From contig OX597832.1 of assembly GCA_951406725.2 (NCBI GenBank), positions 23,746,001 through 23,810,000 of the forward strand: 64,000 nt of DNA, read 5' to 3'. The stretch comes from Octopus vulgaris. Lineage: Eukaryota. Under the pieces are notes generated by a model. That model was not told the DNA's origin and did no database searches. It was given only the letters and a program-made list of their open reading frames with translations. This document shows positions 44,467 to 58,122 of the stretch, in pieces; positions within the stretch are counted from its first letter, which is position 1, and each line of letters begins with the position of its first letter. The position numbers and the translations under genes are program-made.

Positions 44467-45031
44467 CAGGGTTCAAAAAGTTTCTCCGCAGTGAATTTTT
44501 TTCATATATACCATCAACACCGAGAGATATTGCTCAAATATCGTCCCTCCATTTGTAGGCCAACTCACGGAAAGTGAAAGTAATAACGCATATTTTCAGC
44601 AAGATGGAGCTAGAGCACATACTTCGTGCATCACCATGGCGCTACTTCAAGAGTTTTTCGGCGAACGGATTATTTGGAAGGGACTTCGGCTACCAAGGTC
44701 ACCTGATTTAACACCGCCAGGAATTTTCTTTTTCTGGAGAGGAAGTAAAGGATCAGTGTACAAGAATCGCCCCGAAAACCATTAATGAGTTGAAAGACGC
44801 AATCATGACCTTCACATGGTCCATACCGCGTCAAATTCTCTAAGATGTATTTCAAAACATGCGTAGAAGAGTCAACTTATGTACGGAAAATGAATACGAC
44901 ACTTTCAACACCTCTTATAAAGTTTTATTTGAAGTCTTGTCAAGTCTAATATATTCTTTTGTAGTCTTATACCATCTTATAAATATTTATTTTGCAATAA
45001 AATACTGCGGAGAGACATTTTGAACATCCTG
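44467..45031 (+). mobile_element. Internally deleted Tc1/mariner-superfamily transposon
   Basis: ~27-bp imperfect TIRs (cagggttcaaaaagtttctccgcagt / actgcggagagacattttgaacatcctg), TA TSD, remnants FQQDGARAH...PRSPDLTP...SVYKNRP. Confidence 0.85.
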
Positions 45032-45061
45032 TAAACGTGTGCGTATGTATATATAAATATG

Positions 45062-45093
<32 letters not shown>

Positions 45094-45300
45094 CAGTTAT
45101 ATGCACGCATGCACACACATATACACACATACATATATATATATAATGAATACACACACATACACACACACAAATATGCATATTTATACTTATATGTTTT
45201 GCATGCACATTATATATATATATATATATATACATACATATACATATATATATAGATATTACATATATGTGTGTGTGTATGTGAGTAGTTATATGTGTGT

Positions 45301-45351
<51 letters not shown>

Positions 45352-45837
45352 TGTGTCTATATATATATATATAATCCAGTGTTATAGACACAAGGCTTGA
45401 AATTTTCGGGGAGGTGTTAAGTCGATTACATCGTCCCCAGTACTCAAATGGTACTTGATTTATCGACCGCGAAAGGATGAAAGGCAAAGTCAACCTCGGC
45501 GGAATTTGAACTCAGAACGCTAAGCATTTCGTCTGGCTTGCTAACAACTCTGCCATATCTCGTCGCCTCCTAGATATCTATTTATAATCGCAAATGTTTT
45601 TACAAATATCAAATCAGACAGAAGTAGCGTTGCCTGTGTTTTTGCAACACAAACTTTGCCTGCCATGTTTAACAACGGTCAAAGCAATAGGATGGAGTGG
45701 AGGCAAATGTGGTTGTGGTGATGATGGTGGGGGGAGTGGTAGTGGTAGTGACTGCAGTGGTTGTGGTGGCGGGTAATGCTGGTGATGGATGCGATGGTCG
45801 CGGTGAAGCTAGTAATGACTAACAACAGGCAGGGATA

Positions 45838-46465
<628 letters not shown>

Positions 46466-46674
46466 AGATGTGGTGAGGTTTGTAATAGCTTGTTGATTGC
46501 CTTATTGGCAGCAAGGGTGAATGCCCTCATTGTGGTCGTCGTAGAGACCTCAATGATTGCGGTGATCACGTTTGTCTGGTAAAAGAGCCTATATTTATAT
46601 ATATATATATATATATGTAAGTATATATGTGTATATGTGAATCTACGTGTGTTTACGTACCTACATACATATAC

Positions 46675-46711
<37 letters not shown>

Positions 46712-46718
<7 letters not shown>

Positions 46719-46836
46719 AGACATATATGGTGTCTATACTAGCAGAAGGACAATATGTATGATTAGTATACTTTTTATGTTTGCTTAATAGAATTACAGA
46801 CATGACCTTCTAATATAAACACCATTTATGTCTGAC

Positions 46837-46840
<4 letters not shown>
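46712..46840. repeat. Small (TA)n-flanked foldback
   Basis: tagtcagacatatatggtgtctata / tataaacaccatttatgtctgacta. Confidence 0.7.
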
Positions 46841-46882
<42 letters not shown>

Positions 46883-47035
46883 CATAAACACACACACATA
46901 CACGCACTCATACACACACATAGACAATCACATACGCACAGACACACACGCATTCATGCACATACACACAGAAATTAAAAAATATAGACAGACCCAAACA
47001 CACATTATACATTTATACATACATACATATGTATA

Positions 47036-47070
<35 letters not shown>

Positions 47071-47206
47071 GCATATGTATATATACGTATATATATATAT
47101 GTATGTATATATATATATATGTATATATATGTATATATATATATGCATATATATATATGTACGTATGTATGCATGCATATATATATATGTATGTATATAT
47201 ATATAC

Positions 47207-47302
<96 letters not shown>

Positions 47303-47478
47303 GCACACCCTCTTTTGCCTAATAAACATGACCACCATGAAAAAATTGTTTGTTCGAAAAGTCTGTATTTTTTACAACCAACCATTTCCCTTTGATTTTA
47401 AAAGATATCTGTGGGGTATTATTTTATTAAATGTACACAATATTACTAATATACCGATGCATATATATATATGTGTGT

Positions 47479-47550
<72 letters not shown>

Positions 47551-47627
47551 CTATATATATACCGGAGTAAACACATAAATGTGAAACAAGGTGGAAAAAA
47601 GAGTACTCAAATACCAGTGGTAGAGTA

Positions 47628-47775
47628 ATATGCTTTATTTAAAGCAGCAGAAAATTCAACAAAACCTGTTACTCTCAGTTTCCCGTTGCCGTTCAAAAAC
47701 TGTCCGATGAACGGCAACGGGAAACTGAGAGTAACAGGTTTTGTTGAATTTTCTGCTGCTTTAAATAAAGCATAT
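47628..47775. mobile_element. Perfect 68-bp-arm hairpin containing a hammerhead (47700-47737, +)
   Basis: Arms 47628-47695 / 47708-47775; ctgt-CCGATGA-acggcaacgg-GAAA-ctgagag-TA-acag. A fragment of the same family lies at ~1776-1817. Confidence 0.8.
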
Positions 47776-48191
47776 ATATATATATGTTTCACTTAAACAT
47801 AGTGATACCATTAATCTGGTGATAGAATTCGATGTACAGAAAAAAAAGCGTTTGTCGAGTACAGGGCGGTAATAATAAATTAGAATGATGGAAAAATAAG
47901 CGATCATCTTATGAACTCCATTAGCTTACTGCAGTTACTGCTATAGGATGCTACGTAGCCATGGTTGACTGCTTGAATCTCACCCTAACGTTTGAAGCTC
48001 CGGTGAAGCTATTGGAATCCTTTCTTACATTTGGTAGCAGTTCGAGAAATATGTAAGGAGAAGCTAGACGGTGGAATCCATCCCAGTCCTTTGTAGGCGG
48101 TGCTCAGATGGCCGTAGTCTAATGATTGAAACTCGTGTAAGAGAATTAAAAGATATACGTGTGCGTGTGTATATGTATGCATACACACACA

Positions 48192-48227
<36 letters not shown>

Positions 48228-49267
48228 CATATATATATTATAGTAACTATTACACTGTTATGTCTTGGAAGGGTCATTATGCCATTAATAAACTCACACA
48301 CTGGATCTATTTCACTTCTTTGTTTTAATTTGTTAATCGGTTAGCCATTTAACCAGTGAGCATTGTATGATTAATCAGTCAGTCAATCAGCAACATTTGT
48401 CAAAGTTTTCATCGCCATTTGTGATCTCATCAATGGCTTGCTCTCTCTACTCCAGGTCTGCTTCAAGTTAGCAAGTAAGTCTTCTTGTTTACAGGTTTTA
48501 TATTTATATGGATGAGAGAATGTATGTAATATCGAGGAAGAGAGAGAGAGAGAAACGAAATACAAACATACAATTATTTAAAGTCTGTTAAACGTACAAG
48601 TAGTAGTCATTTTTGTTGCCCACTATACGCATCAGTGAATTGTAAGTTATAATGTGTAATGACTAGAAGTTTTAAACAATTTCTGATGTCATAACCCACG
48701 ATCATTTCACCCTCAACGATCTCAGGTGTTATTGATTATATCACTAGTTACTGGAGGATATGAAACTTATCAGATTTTCTAGAAACGAGTTCGTATTTAC
48801 TGACGAAACAGGAAATTTTCAAAGATGCCTTTTACACAACCTTTTATACGATAACAGACACACACAGCAATAAAGATATCGGCAACATACGGAATAAAAT
48901 CAACGTAGAAGCGAACCACATGCGAGTTGCGTTTTCATGCAAGACAAATTCAAATATCTCGAAATAATTCCCGTCCTTTATACTAAATGAGCAGAAAAAT
49001 GAATTCGACAACTCCGTCAAATGCAGAAGGCGATTTCAGGTGTAGTTTGTAAAGCATTGTTAAACACAATCAACGTGTTTCTGTATATGTAACTACGACA
49101 GTTATTATGTGCTTCGATAAATGTGAATTTATCCAATTGGACATTGTTGCGCGTATTTTCAGCTCAGTAAGTCGGTGATACTAACTAAACGCCGTCCAAT
49201 TCACCAACTTAACCTTGAAACTTTACACAGAACGAGCAGAATATAATTGTTCACAAAAGGAGATTGC

Positions 49268-49706
49268 GGATCTTTTCGGTTTGAACGGCAGTTTTTTTCT
49301 AGCGGTGTCATATGAAATTGTCACCCATAATTATGACCCTAGTATCGATCTATTGCATTTCAATCTATTTGAGGGTTAGGGTTAGTTAGGGTTAGAGTTA
49401 GGGTTAGGGCGGGGGGAAGGGTATCTTTTTGTCTTCACAAATGTAAATAAACCCAATCTGTTTCTTAAATGAGGGACATTTTCATACGGCACAGAATGTT
49501 GTTTACCTCAATGGACGTCACTGATTGGTTGAAATTGCAGAAATTGAAGAAAAAAAACAACAAATATGTTACAAACTATAGAATTTTCTCAATAAAGCCA
49601 AAAGAAAAAAATGTTTTATAAACACATTCTACCAGTATACGAAGTTTAAAATTTTTTAGTTACCTAGAAATTATGTTAAAAACTGCCGTTCAAACCGAAA
49701 AGATCC
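49268..49706. mobile_element. Non-autonomous TIR transposon, Merlin-like (GG termini, 8-bp TSD), with an internal telomere-like tract
   Basis: TIR ggatcttttcggtttgaacggcagtttt; TSD gagattgc at 49260-49267 and 49707-49714; (TTAGGG)-like tract at 49371-49409. Confidence 0.85.
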
Positions 49707-50253
49707 GAGATTGCTAATTTAATTTGTTTGTTTTTTGTTTTGCTTTGTTTTTTTTAGGATGGATACGTGTTGAGTGAAAAAAAAGGTGGAAAATATATGA
49801 GTTTGGTATCATCATACGTAGCATAGACGTTAGTGAATTTTACGAATTAGTACGTTTGTTCTTTATACTGAACATGTTTGGTGGTAACTGCAAGGATCTT
49901 CACACGCTTAGATAACGTGTAAGCTCGTAATTTCGAAAAATAACACGCTAACGTATTGGTGATAACTCTTGAGAAAACGTGTTACTAAAATCATAAAAAG
50001 AAATTCTCTCTTATGATAAAGGTTGAAATGGAACTGAGAATGATAAATATTATTGGTGTTACGCTTAAACACTTTGAAAGCAAATGTCATTTGTAGGAAA
50101 CAAAGCCGAAGAACAACCCATTTTGTATACGTAAAATGGAAAGTCACGCAATTAGCTACAAAGACCAAAACAAGCTTTCCGTTCGTAGGTAACCTCAAGG
50201 ATACCAAATTGTCTTATGTATTCAAAACAGATTTGCATAGTATAAATGTTATG

Positions 50254-50864
50254 TGCAAGCGGGTGCTGAAATGTTCCTAGTTTTGGGTAAAAGAAAGTAC
50301 AGGAGGATCAGTTAATTATGATTTTATTCAATACTAGCAGTATCGCCCGGCGTTGCTCGGGTTTGTAAGGGAAATAACTATATAAGCATTTTTAGAGAGT
50401 TATAGCCAAAATATAGCAAAAAATGCATTAAAAATGGGAAAAAAATTATGGTAAATTTTTTTTTAAATCGTAGACTCATCGTAGACATTTTTAGAGAGTT
50501 ACTTCCCTTATTAGCGCGCATTAAAATGGAAAAAAATGTAATTTTTTTTAAAATCGTAGACTCATTGTAGACGCGCGCTAATACCCAGAAGGGCTCGATA
50601 TAAATCACGACTATAAGATACCCGCTTTTGGTTAAACTGCACCGCAAAATGTGGGAGTAGTTAGGAATCTAAATCGTAGGAGACAGACACACAACTTCAC
50701 TTTTATATATAAAGATATTTCCCTCTCAGATTCACACACTTATTGCAGCGGTCCTTCAGTTTTTCAAAACCTTGTAAAAGAAAAACTCGGAAGGCTGGCC
50801 TTTCGCGATATCCTTAAAGCCAGGAACTTTTCAGCACCACCACCACCACCACCACCACCCTCGT
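50254..50864. mobile_element. mariner-type MITE with nested Helitron
   Basis: Collinear with 25893-26108 once 50334-50715 is removed. Confidence 0.75.
50334..50715 (-). mobile_element. Non-autonomous Helitron
   Basis: TC...hairpin-CTAG termini, A|T insertion without TSD, internal ~70-bp duplication. Confidence 0.82.
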
Positions 50865-50959
50865 GTGTCTATAATTCTTTTACTTCGCTGAAATTGGTTC
50901 AATTAATTTTGATTGCTCTGATAATGTAGTACTCAATACGAAATATTTATAGTTGGTAA

Positions 50960-51170
50960 TAAAGACAACGACGACGTCGACGACGATGATGATGATTACC
51001 ATGAGGACGATGATGATGATGGTGATAATGACAACTACGGCGACGACGATGATGATCACGATGATGACGATGACGATGACGATGATGATGATGATGACGA
51101 TGATGATGACAACGACGACGACGACGACGATGATCATGAAGATCCTGATTATAATGACGATGATGATGAT

Positions 51171-51201
<31 letters not shown>

Positions 51202-51510
51202 ATGATGACGATGACGACGATGATGATAACGATGATGATGATGACGATGATCCTGAAGATCCTGATTATAATGACGATGCCGACGATGATGATCACGATG
51301 ATGACAATGATGATGATGATGATGACGATGACGACGTTGACGACGATGACGACGATGATGATGATGATGATGACGATAACGATGATGATGATGATGATCA
51401 ATATGGTGACAACGACGACAACGTCGATGATCATGAGGATCCTGATTATAATAACGACGACGATGATGATGATGATGATGGTGATGACGACGGACGATGA
51501 CGACGATGAT
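50960..51510. repeat. Degenerate (GAT/GAC)n array with a recurring gatcctgattataat motif
   Basis: Motif occurs three times (~51141, ~51258, ~51438). Confidence 0.85.
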
Positions 51511-52293
51511 TCACCATGCAATATTGATATAGTTATGACTTCGACATTTTATTTCAAAAAAGATTTTTTTAAAACTGGAAACAAAAAACAAATATACAAA
51601 ACCACAAAATTCCCCAATTTCCTTTCACAATTGACCGCCTCCTCCGCTTCGAAATCGAATTAACCGCCTCAAACACTCAGATTTCCTCCGAATTAAATAT
51701 ATCTCTGAGCCCCACCCCTTATGTGTCTGTGGGGTAGGGGTGGGGGAATACAGGAATAAAACGATTTTCTCTTGTTTTGCTGTGGTTTTTGTTTTTATTT
51801 TTTGTTTTGTTTTGTTTTTTTGTTCTCCCCCCCACCACCACCACCACCACCACCATCCCAGTCCTTCCTCATCATCACCTCATTTTGTATTTAGTTCGGT
51901 GCATCATCCACGTTTCTGAATTCGAATCCGGCGGGAATTTTACACTTGGCTCCCTTCTGTTAGCCACCCTCACTTATCCCCCCACACTCCAATTTCCACC
52001 CCCTCCTCCCCCGCACTACACACAACACCGCTAGCCCCACCAACACCCCTTCCACCACCACCTCCAACACATACAGGTTCCTCTCCGGAGGACATATCAG
52101 AAAAGTAGGTGGGGCTGATGGGTCAGGAGAGTGGTAGTGGTGGTGGTGATGCTGATGTTGATGCTGATGATAATGATGATGGTGGTGGTGGTGGTGGTGG
52201 TGACACCGGCGGAGGGAACGGTGGCGGCTTTGTTGTTGTTGTTGTTGTGGTGGTGGTGGTGGTGGTGGTGGTGGTGGTGACACCGGCGGAGGG

Positions 52294-52857
52294 GAAGAAG
52301 GAGAAGTAGAAGAAGGAGGAGAAGAAGAAGAAGAAGAAGAAGAAGAAGAAGAAGAAGAAGAAAAAAGAAGAAGAAGGAAAAGAAGAAGGAAAAGAAGAAG
52401 GAAAAGAAGAAGAAGAAGAAGAAGAAGAAGAAGAAAAAGAAGAAGAAGAAGAAGAAGGAAAAGAAGAAGGAAAAGAAGAAGCAGAAGAAGAAGAAGGAAA
52501 AGAAGAAGAAGGAAAAAAGAAGAAGAAGAAGAAGAAGGAAAAGAAGAAGGAAAAGAAGAAGAAGAAGAAGAAGAAGAAGAAAAAGAAGAAGAAGAAGGAA
52601 AAGAAGAAGGAAAAGAAGAAGGAAAAGAAGAAGCAGAAGAAGAAGAAGGAAAAGAAGAAGAAGGAAAAAAGAAGAAGAAGAAGAAGAAGAAGAAGAAGAA
52701 GAAAAAGAAGAAGAAGAAGAAGAAGAAGAAGAAGAAGAAGAAAAAGAAGAAGAAGAAGAAGAAGAAGAAGAAGAAGAAGAAGAAGAAGAAGAAGAAGAAG
52801 AAGAAGAAGAAGAAGAAGAAGAAGAAGAAGAAGAAGAAGAAGAAGAAGAAGAAGAAA
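52294..52857. repeat. ~560-bp polypurine (GAA)n tract with higher-order gaagaaggaaaa units
   Basis: Direct inspection. Confidence 0.95.
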
Positions 52858-53079
52858 TGTCCATTGTTGACCTCGTCACCATCTGCCGAATCTATTTACA
52901 GACTTGTAGAATTTGGTCTCTTCACCAAGTTTCTCCTCTTCCACCAACTATTCCCTCCAACCCTCCTCACCTCTTCATGATTATCTCAAGTACAAGACAA
53001 CAGTTGAAACCAAACAACATTTAATGACACCTTTCAATAATAAATGGAAATAATAATAATAATAATAACAATAATAATA

Positions 53080-53152
<73 letters not shown>

Positions 53153-53153
53153 C

Positions 53154-53240
<87 letters not shown>

Positions 53241-53249
53241 CCTTTTTGC

Positions 53250-53458
53250 TAAAGCCACAAGGTCTGAAATTTTGGGGGAGGGAACTAGTCGATTAAATCG
53301 CCACTAATGTTCGACTGGTACGTATTTTAGTGACCCCTACCACCACCAAGGGATGAAAGGTAAAATCGACCTTGGTGGAATTTGAACCCAGAATGTGAAG
53401 AAGGACGTAATGCCGCTAAGCATTTTGTCCAGTGTGCTAACGATTCTGCCAGCTGACC
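53250..53458 (-). mobile_element. SINE A (diverged) within (AAT)n
   Basis: Head ctgccagct and central domain present. Confidence 0.75.
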
Positions 53459-53520
<62 letters not shown>

Positions 53521-53526
53521 GATATA

Positions 53527-53936
53527 GGCGCAGGAGTGGCTGTGTGGTAAGTAGCTTGTTTACCAACCACATGGTTCCGGGTTCAGTCCCACTGCGTGGC
53601 ACCTTGGGCAAGTGTCTTCTACTATAGCCTCGGGCCGACCAAAGCCTTGTGAGTGGATTTGGTAGACGGAAACTAAAAGAAGCCCGTCGTATATATGTAT
53701 ATATATATATATGCGTGTGTGTGTTTGTGTGAGTGTGTTTGTCCCCCTAGCATTGCTTGACAACCGATGCTGGTGTGTTTATGTCCCCGTTACTTAGCGG
53801 TTCGGCAAAAGAGACCGATAGAATAAGTACTGGGCTTACAAAAAGAATAAGTCCCGGGGTCGAGTTGCTCGATTAAAGGCGGTGCTCCAGCATGGCTGCA
53901 GTCAAATGACTGAAACAAGTAAAAGAGTAAAAGAGT
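53527..53936 (+). mobile_element. SINE B, full length
   Basis: ggcgcaggagtggctgtgtggtaag ... gaaacaagtaaaagagtaaaagagt. Confidence 0.9.
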
Positions 53937-54190
53937 ATATTCCGATTTCTCTGACATATTTCTCGAACTTGATTGTTAGTTCCCCGAGTGCCCCGAGCGC
54001 CCCCTACAACTGCTGGGATAAAAGGCATTCTTCTCATATCCCACATTCTTACAATTTCGTCCGTTGGTAGTCTGTTCTTTTACAATCTTGTCTAGTTCTT
54101 TGTCACTTATGTGTGCATCCCCAGGTATTGCGATATCTATAATCTTGGTTTCCTTATTGGTGGAAATTGAATGTGTGTGAATGTGCGTGA

Positions 54191-54270
<80 letters not shown>

Positions 54271-55420
54271 GTGTGTGAATGAAAAAAATGTTTCGATCTG
54301 TCAATCCCACCACTCGGTGATGAATATTATTAGATTTTTTCAACTGAAGTGTATTAAAATAAAATACGTTGAAGACAAGCTAGTATTCCATCATTGCCAA
54401 AGGGCAATTCCTTTATTTTTTATTTACCTTTGAAGTTTTGATCCGAATCGAATCACGGGAGGTAATCTAATTTGTTCAAGAGCTTTGACTACAAAGTCGC
54501 CATTTTGGGAGACAGTCTTTCCCTGTAATTTTTTCAATGACACAATTATTTGAATAGAAATGCCTCGCCGTTTCTTCCCCCTATACTCCCCAAACTATAT
54601 ATCAATTCACATTAGTTGTTTTTTTTTCATTATACAACATGAAGTTTTTGTCTATGTGCCTGTGTATTTATCTATGTGTCTGTGCATTTATCAACAAACA
54701 CATACATATACTTATACACACAGACACATACATACACCAATATATATTTAGTGTCTGTAGTTACTTTCTCGTCATGGCTCCACGCTAGTCTCTGAGAAAA
54801 TAGACACGGCAATCTTCTGGCATTGTGTCACGGAATGTATGGCGTGACTTTAGCAAAATACATGAGCATAGTCAAGAAGAAAGCCTTAGGCTACCTCTTC
54901 CATACCACTAGGTTACCTTTTTAGAATGCAAAGAGATCAAAGGTTCTTTTTGATCCATACGCTCATAAGAACGGTTTCTACCCTTGAGCTTAAAAAGGGC
55001 CCCGGATCAAGCGAGTTTTCAGTCAGTGCCCTCATCTAAAACGTTTCCTGCTACAGGTTGGAATTCTCCGTTCGTTGAATAGGCCCACCGGACCTCCTTC
55101 GAATATTAGCATGGCCGGAGCCGATGTAAGGGGGATAACCCCGCTCCGCCTGCAGCACGGACAACTGTTTTTTTGTTTACAAAACCAATTGACCGTTACG
55201 TATTTCTCCCTCCTGTTGTAGAGAGGTTATGTATCTCCAGCCTTTCGAGTCTGACGAATCCTCTATACTGCTAAGCGCTTTATAGGTGCAAAGCCAAGGG
55301 TCAATCTATGACCACCGGCCATAATTTTTAACGTCATAAAAATATATATTACTGTTCTCCTGTTTAAGAATGTGTTTCTTTTTTCGAATATAGAAACTAC
55401 TGACGATATATATGTATATA

Positions 55421-55478
<58 letters not shown>

Positions 55479-55568
55479 TAATATTCAGTTGAATTAGGTG
55501 CTTTGAGTTACCAGGCCAGTTCGGTATAGTTCGCACAGCTCTAAGTTGGGTGAACAGAATGTAAATAA

Positions 55569-55675
55569 GTAACAAGGATGTCCAAGCATCAATACATTAC
55601 GGCCGTTTCATTGATCGATTAAATGGAGCTGCTCGAAACGGCCGCAATGTATTGATACCTAGACATCCTTGTTAC
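55569..55675. repeat. Foldback with 41-bp arms, each carrying the hammerhead 3' half GAAA-cggccg-(T/C)A
   Basis: gtaacaaggatgtccaagcatcaatacattacggccgtttc / gaaacggccgcaatgtattgatacctagacatccttgttac. Confidence 0.75.
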
Positions 55676-55709
55676 ACACACACACACACACACACACATA
55701 CACACACAC

Positions 55710-55769
<60 letters not shown>

Positions 55770-55777
55770 GGGTATTG

Positions 55778-55871
<94 letters not shown>

Positions 55872-56340
55872 CAGCTGAGCAAGTCTCTCTATGTTCGTTA
55901 TCCCGATTTTGTGGAGGAAATCGCTAGTGCAAGGTCGGAGAAAACCTGACGTTTCCACGGCGACCGGCACAAACTGATATTGGCTGTTGAGGCCCTTGTA
56001 TTTATTTGTTTTTCTCTCTTCTGCGTTACGGGCGATGATACCCGAGTTTGCAGCCGATACGATAAGGTTGGAGCGGGAGAACGTGTCGCTGCACGTCGCG
56101 TCTCAGACTAGGGATCTGGAAAGAGGGTTATCCCATCGGGGCGCTTACCATCCTCCCGGTCAAGACCTACTAGTTTCCAGTTGAGACAGGAAGCCAGCCG
56201 TGTCGAGGCCCATTCTAATCATGTCATTCAGAGCGAGGGGATGTGTCGCTGACCATTCTCTGCGACAACGCCATCACGGCTATGACCGCGGGGCGCGGCT
56301 GAGCGCACAATTTCTTCTGGGGTGTGTGATGCATCGCCCC
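55872..56340 (-). pseudogene. CRE-clade non-LTR retrotransposon REL endonuclease fragment
   Basis: Minus strand H.ALNDMI...DGKRPDGITLFP...[10 protein letters not shown]...[25 protein letters not shown]. Confidence 0.75.
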
Positions 56341-57110
56341 CTCCACCACCGCCACCATCTTATGCTGCTTAACCTCTTTGTTTCGTTTTCTTCTTCCTTT
56401 TCTTTTTTCTTTCTTTCTTTCTATTTGAATGGTGTAATTTTAAAAGAAAATCTACGTCTTCATTCTGTTTCTATATTCGTTAAGAAGATTTCTATCGTGT
56501 TTGTTGACGTCATCGTTTCAAGTTAAAAAGAAAAACGGTTTTTTTTATTTTGCTTTTTGTTATTTATTTCTATTTTTGATTCCATTCTTACTTTTTTTTT
56601 GAGAATCAGTTTATACTCGAGTAACTAAGCAACCATTTTTGCGTTCGATGCCATACAGAATATTCTCACATTTGCCGCAGTGGTAGACTACAGATTTTAC
56701 ATTATGTAACTTATTTTTTAGTCTTTACATTACTTTACTCTCATTTAAGAGTGAGCGAAACAGAAATGTTTAAAACCGTAAGAAAAATTCTCCATTGGAA
56801 AATGACTGAAATTGCTGTTGTTGTTGCTATTGCTGCTGCTGTTGCTGTTCTTCTTCTTGTTCTTCATAACGACGACGATGACGACTGGAATAATAATACC
56901 TTATGTTCAAACATAATTCGAGAAGAAAAAGAAAAAACATGCTTTCGAAATAGAATTACTAAAACTATGGCAGATTACGAAGAAATGCATTTGTAACTGT
57001 GATGCGAAATTTCGTTACTGCGTCATATTGTTACATACGAAGAACGCTGTACATGGTCTCTATACGTACACACACACACTCACACACACACAAATATATA
57101 TGTGGTGGGT

Positions 57111-57424
57111 GTGGAGGCGCAATGGCCCAGTGGTTAGGGCAGAGGACTCGCGATCGCAGGATCGTGGTTTCGATTCCCAGACCGGGCGTTGTGAGTGTTT
57201 ATTGAGCGAAAACACCTAAAAGCTCCACGAGGCTCCGGCAAGGGTATGGTGGTGATCCCTGCTGTACTCTTTCGCCACAACTTTCTCTCACTCTTTCTTC
57301 TGTTGGCCTGCTCGCTTAGCCAGCGGGGTGGCGTCTTTTGAAGGCTAAAACAATGCGAAGAGCATTGTGACCAGTGATGTGTAGCAACATCTGATGGACT
57401 GGTCGGTTACGGTGATCACGGTAA
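57111..57424 (+). mobile_element. SINE D with tail type 4
   Basis: Head tggaggcgcaatggcccagtggttagggc; tail gcctgctcgcttagccagcggggtggcg...cggtgatcacgg. Confidence 0.75.
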
Positions 57425-57433
57425 TATATATAT

Positions 57434-57722
57434 ATATAATCAAAATAAGCAACAAGGATATCCAAGGTAGGGTAGTACAATCGTTTCATGCTGCTTCATT
57501 TTATTAAACAATGCAAATATTACATAGAATTTTTTAATTAAATAGACAATGTACATTTTTATACTTTGTACATTGTCTATTTAATTAAAAAATTCTATAA
57601 GTGGCTGAAGATTGCTCTACATTTTAAAACTGATGTAATACTTGCATTGTTTAATAAAATGAAGTAGCATGAAACGATTGTACTACACTACCTTGTTATC
57701 CTTGTTGCTTATTTTGATTATA
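57434..57722. mobile_element. Foldback pLTR-type element (~90-bp arms) with nested 28-bp hairpin and hammerhead
   Basis: Outer arms ~57434-57525 / 57633-57722; inner aattttttaattaaatagacaatgtaca / tgtacattgtctatttaattaaaaaatt. Confidence 0.78.
57601..57686 (+). ncRNA. Type I hammerhead motif with long stem II loop
   Basis: gtgg-CTGAAGA-ttgct...agcat-GAAA-cgattg-TA-ctac. Confidence 0.7.
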
Positions 57723-57822
57723 ATAACCCCATTTAATTTATATGGATAATACCATGCCAAATTCTGGTGCCTTTAAATTAAGTACCATATTCATCTGAAT
57801 TTAAATTTTGCTGAAAAGAAAA

Positions 57823-57857
<35 letters not shown>

Positions 57858-58122
57858 GTAATATATATATATGTATACAGATTAAAGTAGAAATGAATAG
57901 GTTAACGGTTTCGCAAGTCTTGCAAGGGCATTTAATTTAGTTATATAATTTTTAAAAAACGGTATACATAATCTCTAACAATTGTTTCTAAAATATCCCA
58001 ACTATTGGAATATCGTGTAGAGAGAGAATTCCATAGGCCGATGGTTCCGTCATCGGAGAGAGAATGTAACTATTGCAGTGAAATGATCTCCCCTTCCCAC
58101 GTGTCAGACAGTCAGTTGTTGT

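Noticed and set aside
54760-55060. Possible Tc1 transposase remnant (LHSKKVT*WYG on minus strand)
   Set aside because: Single short motif with no TIRs or other support.
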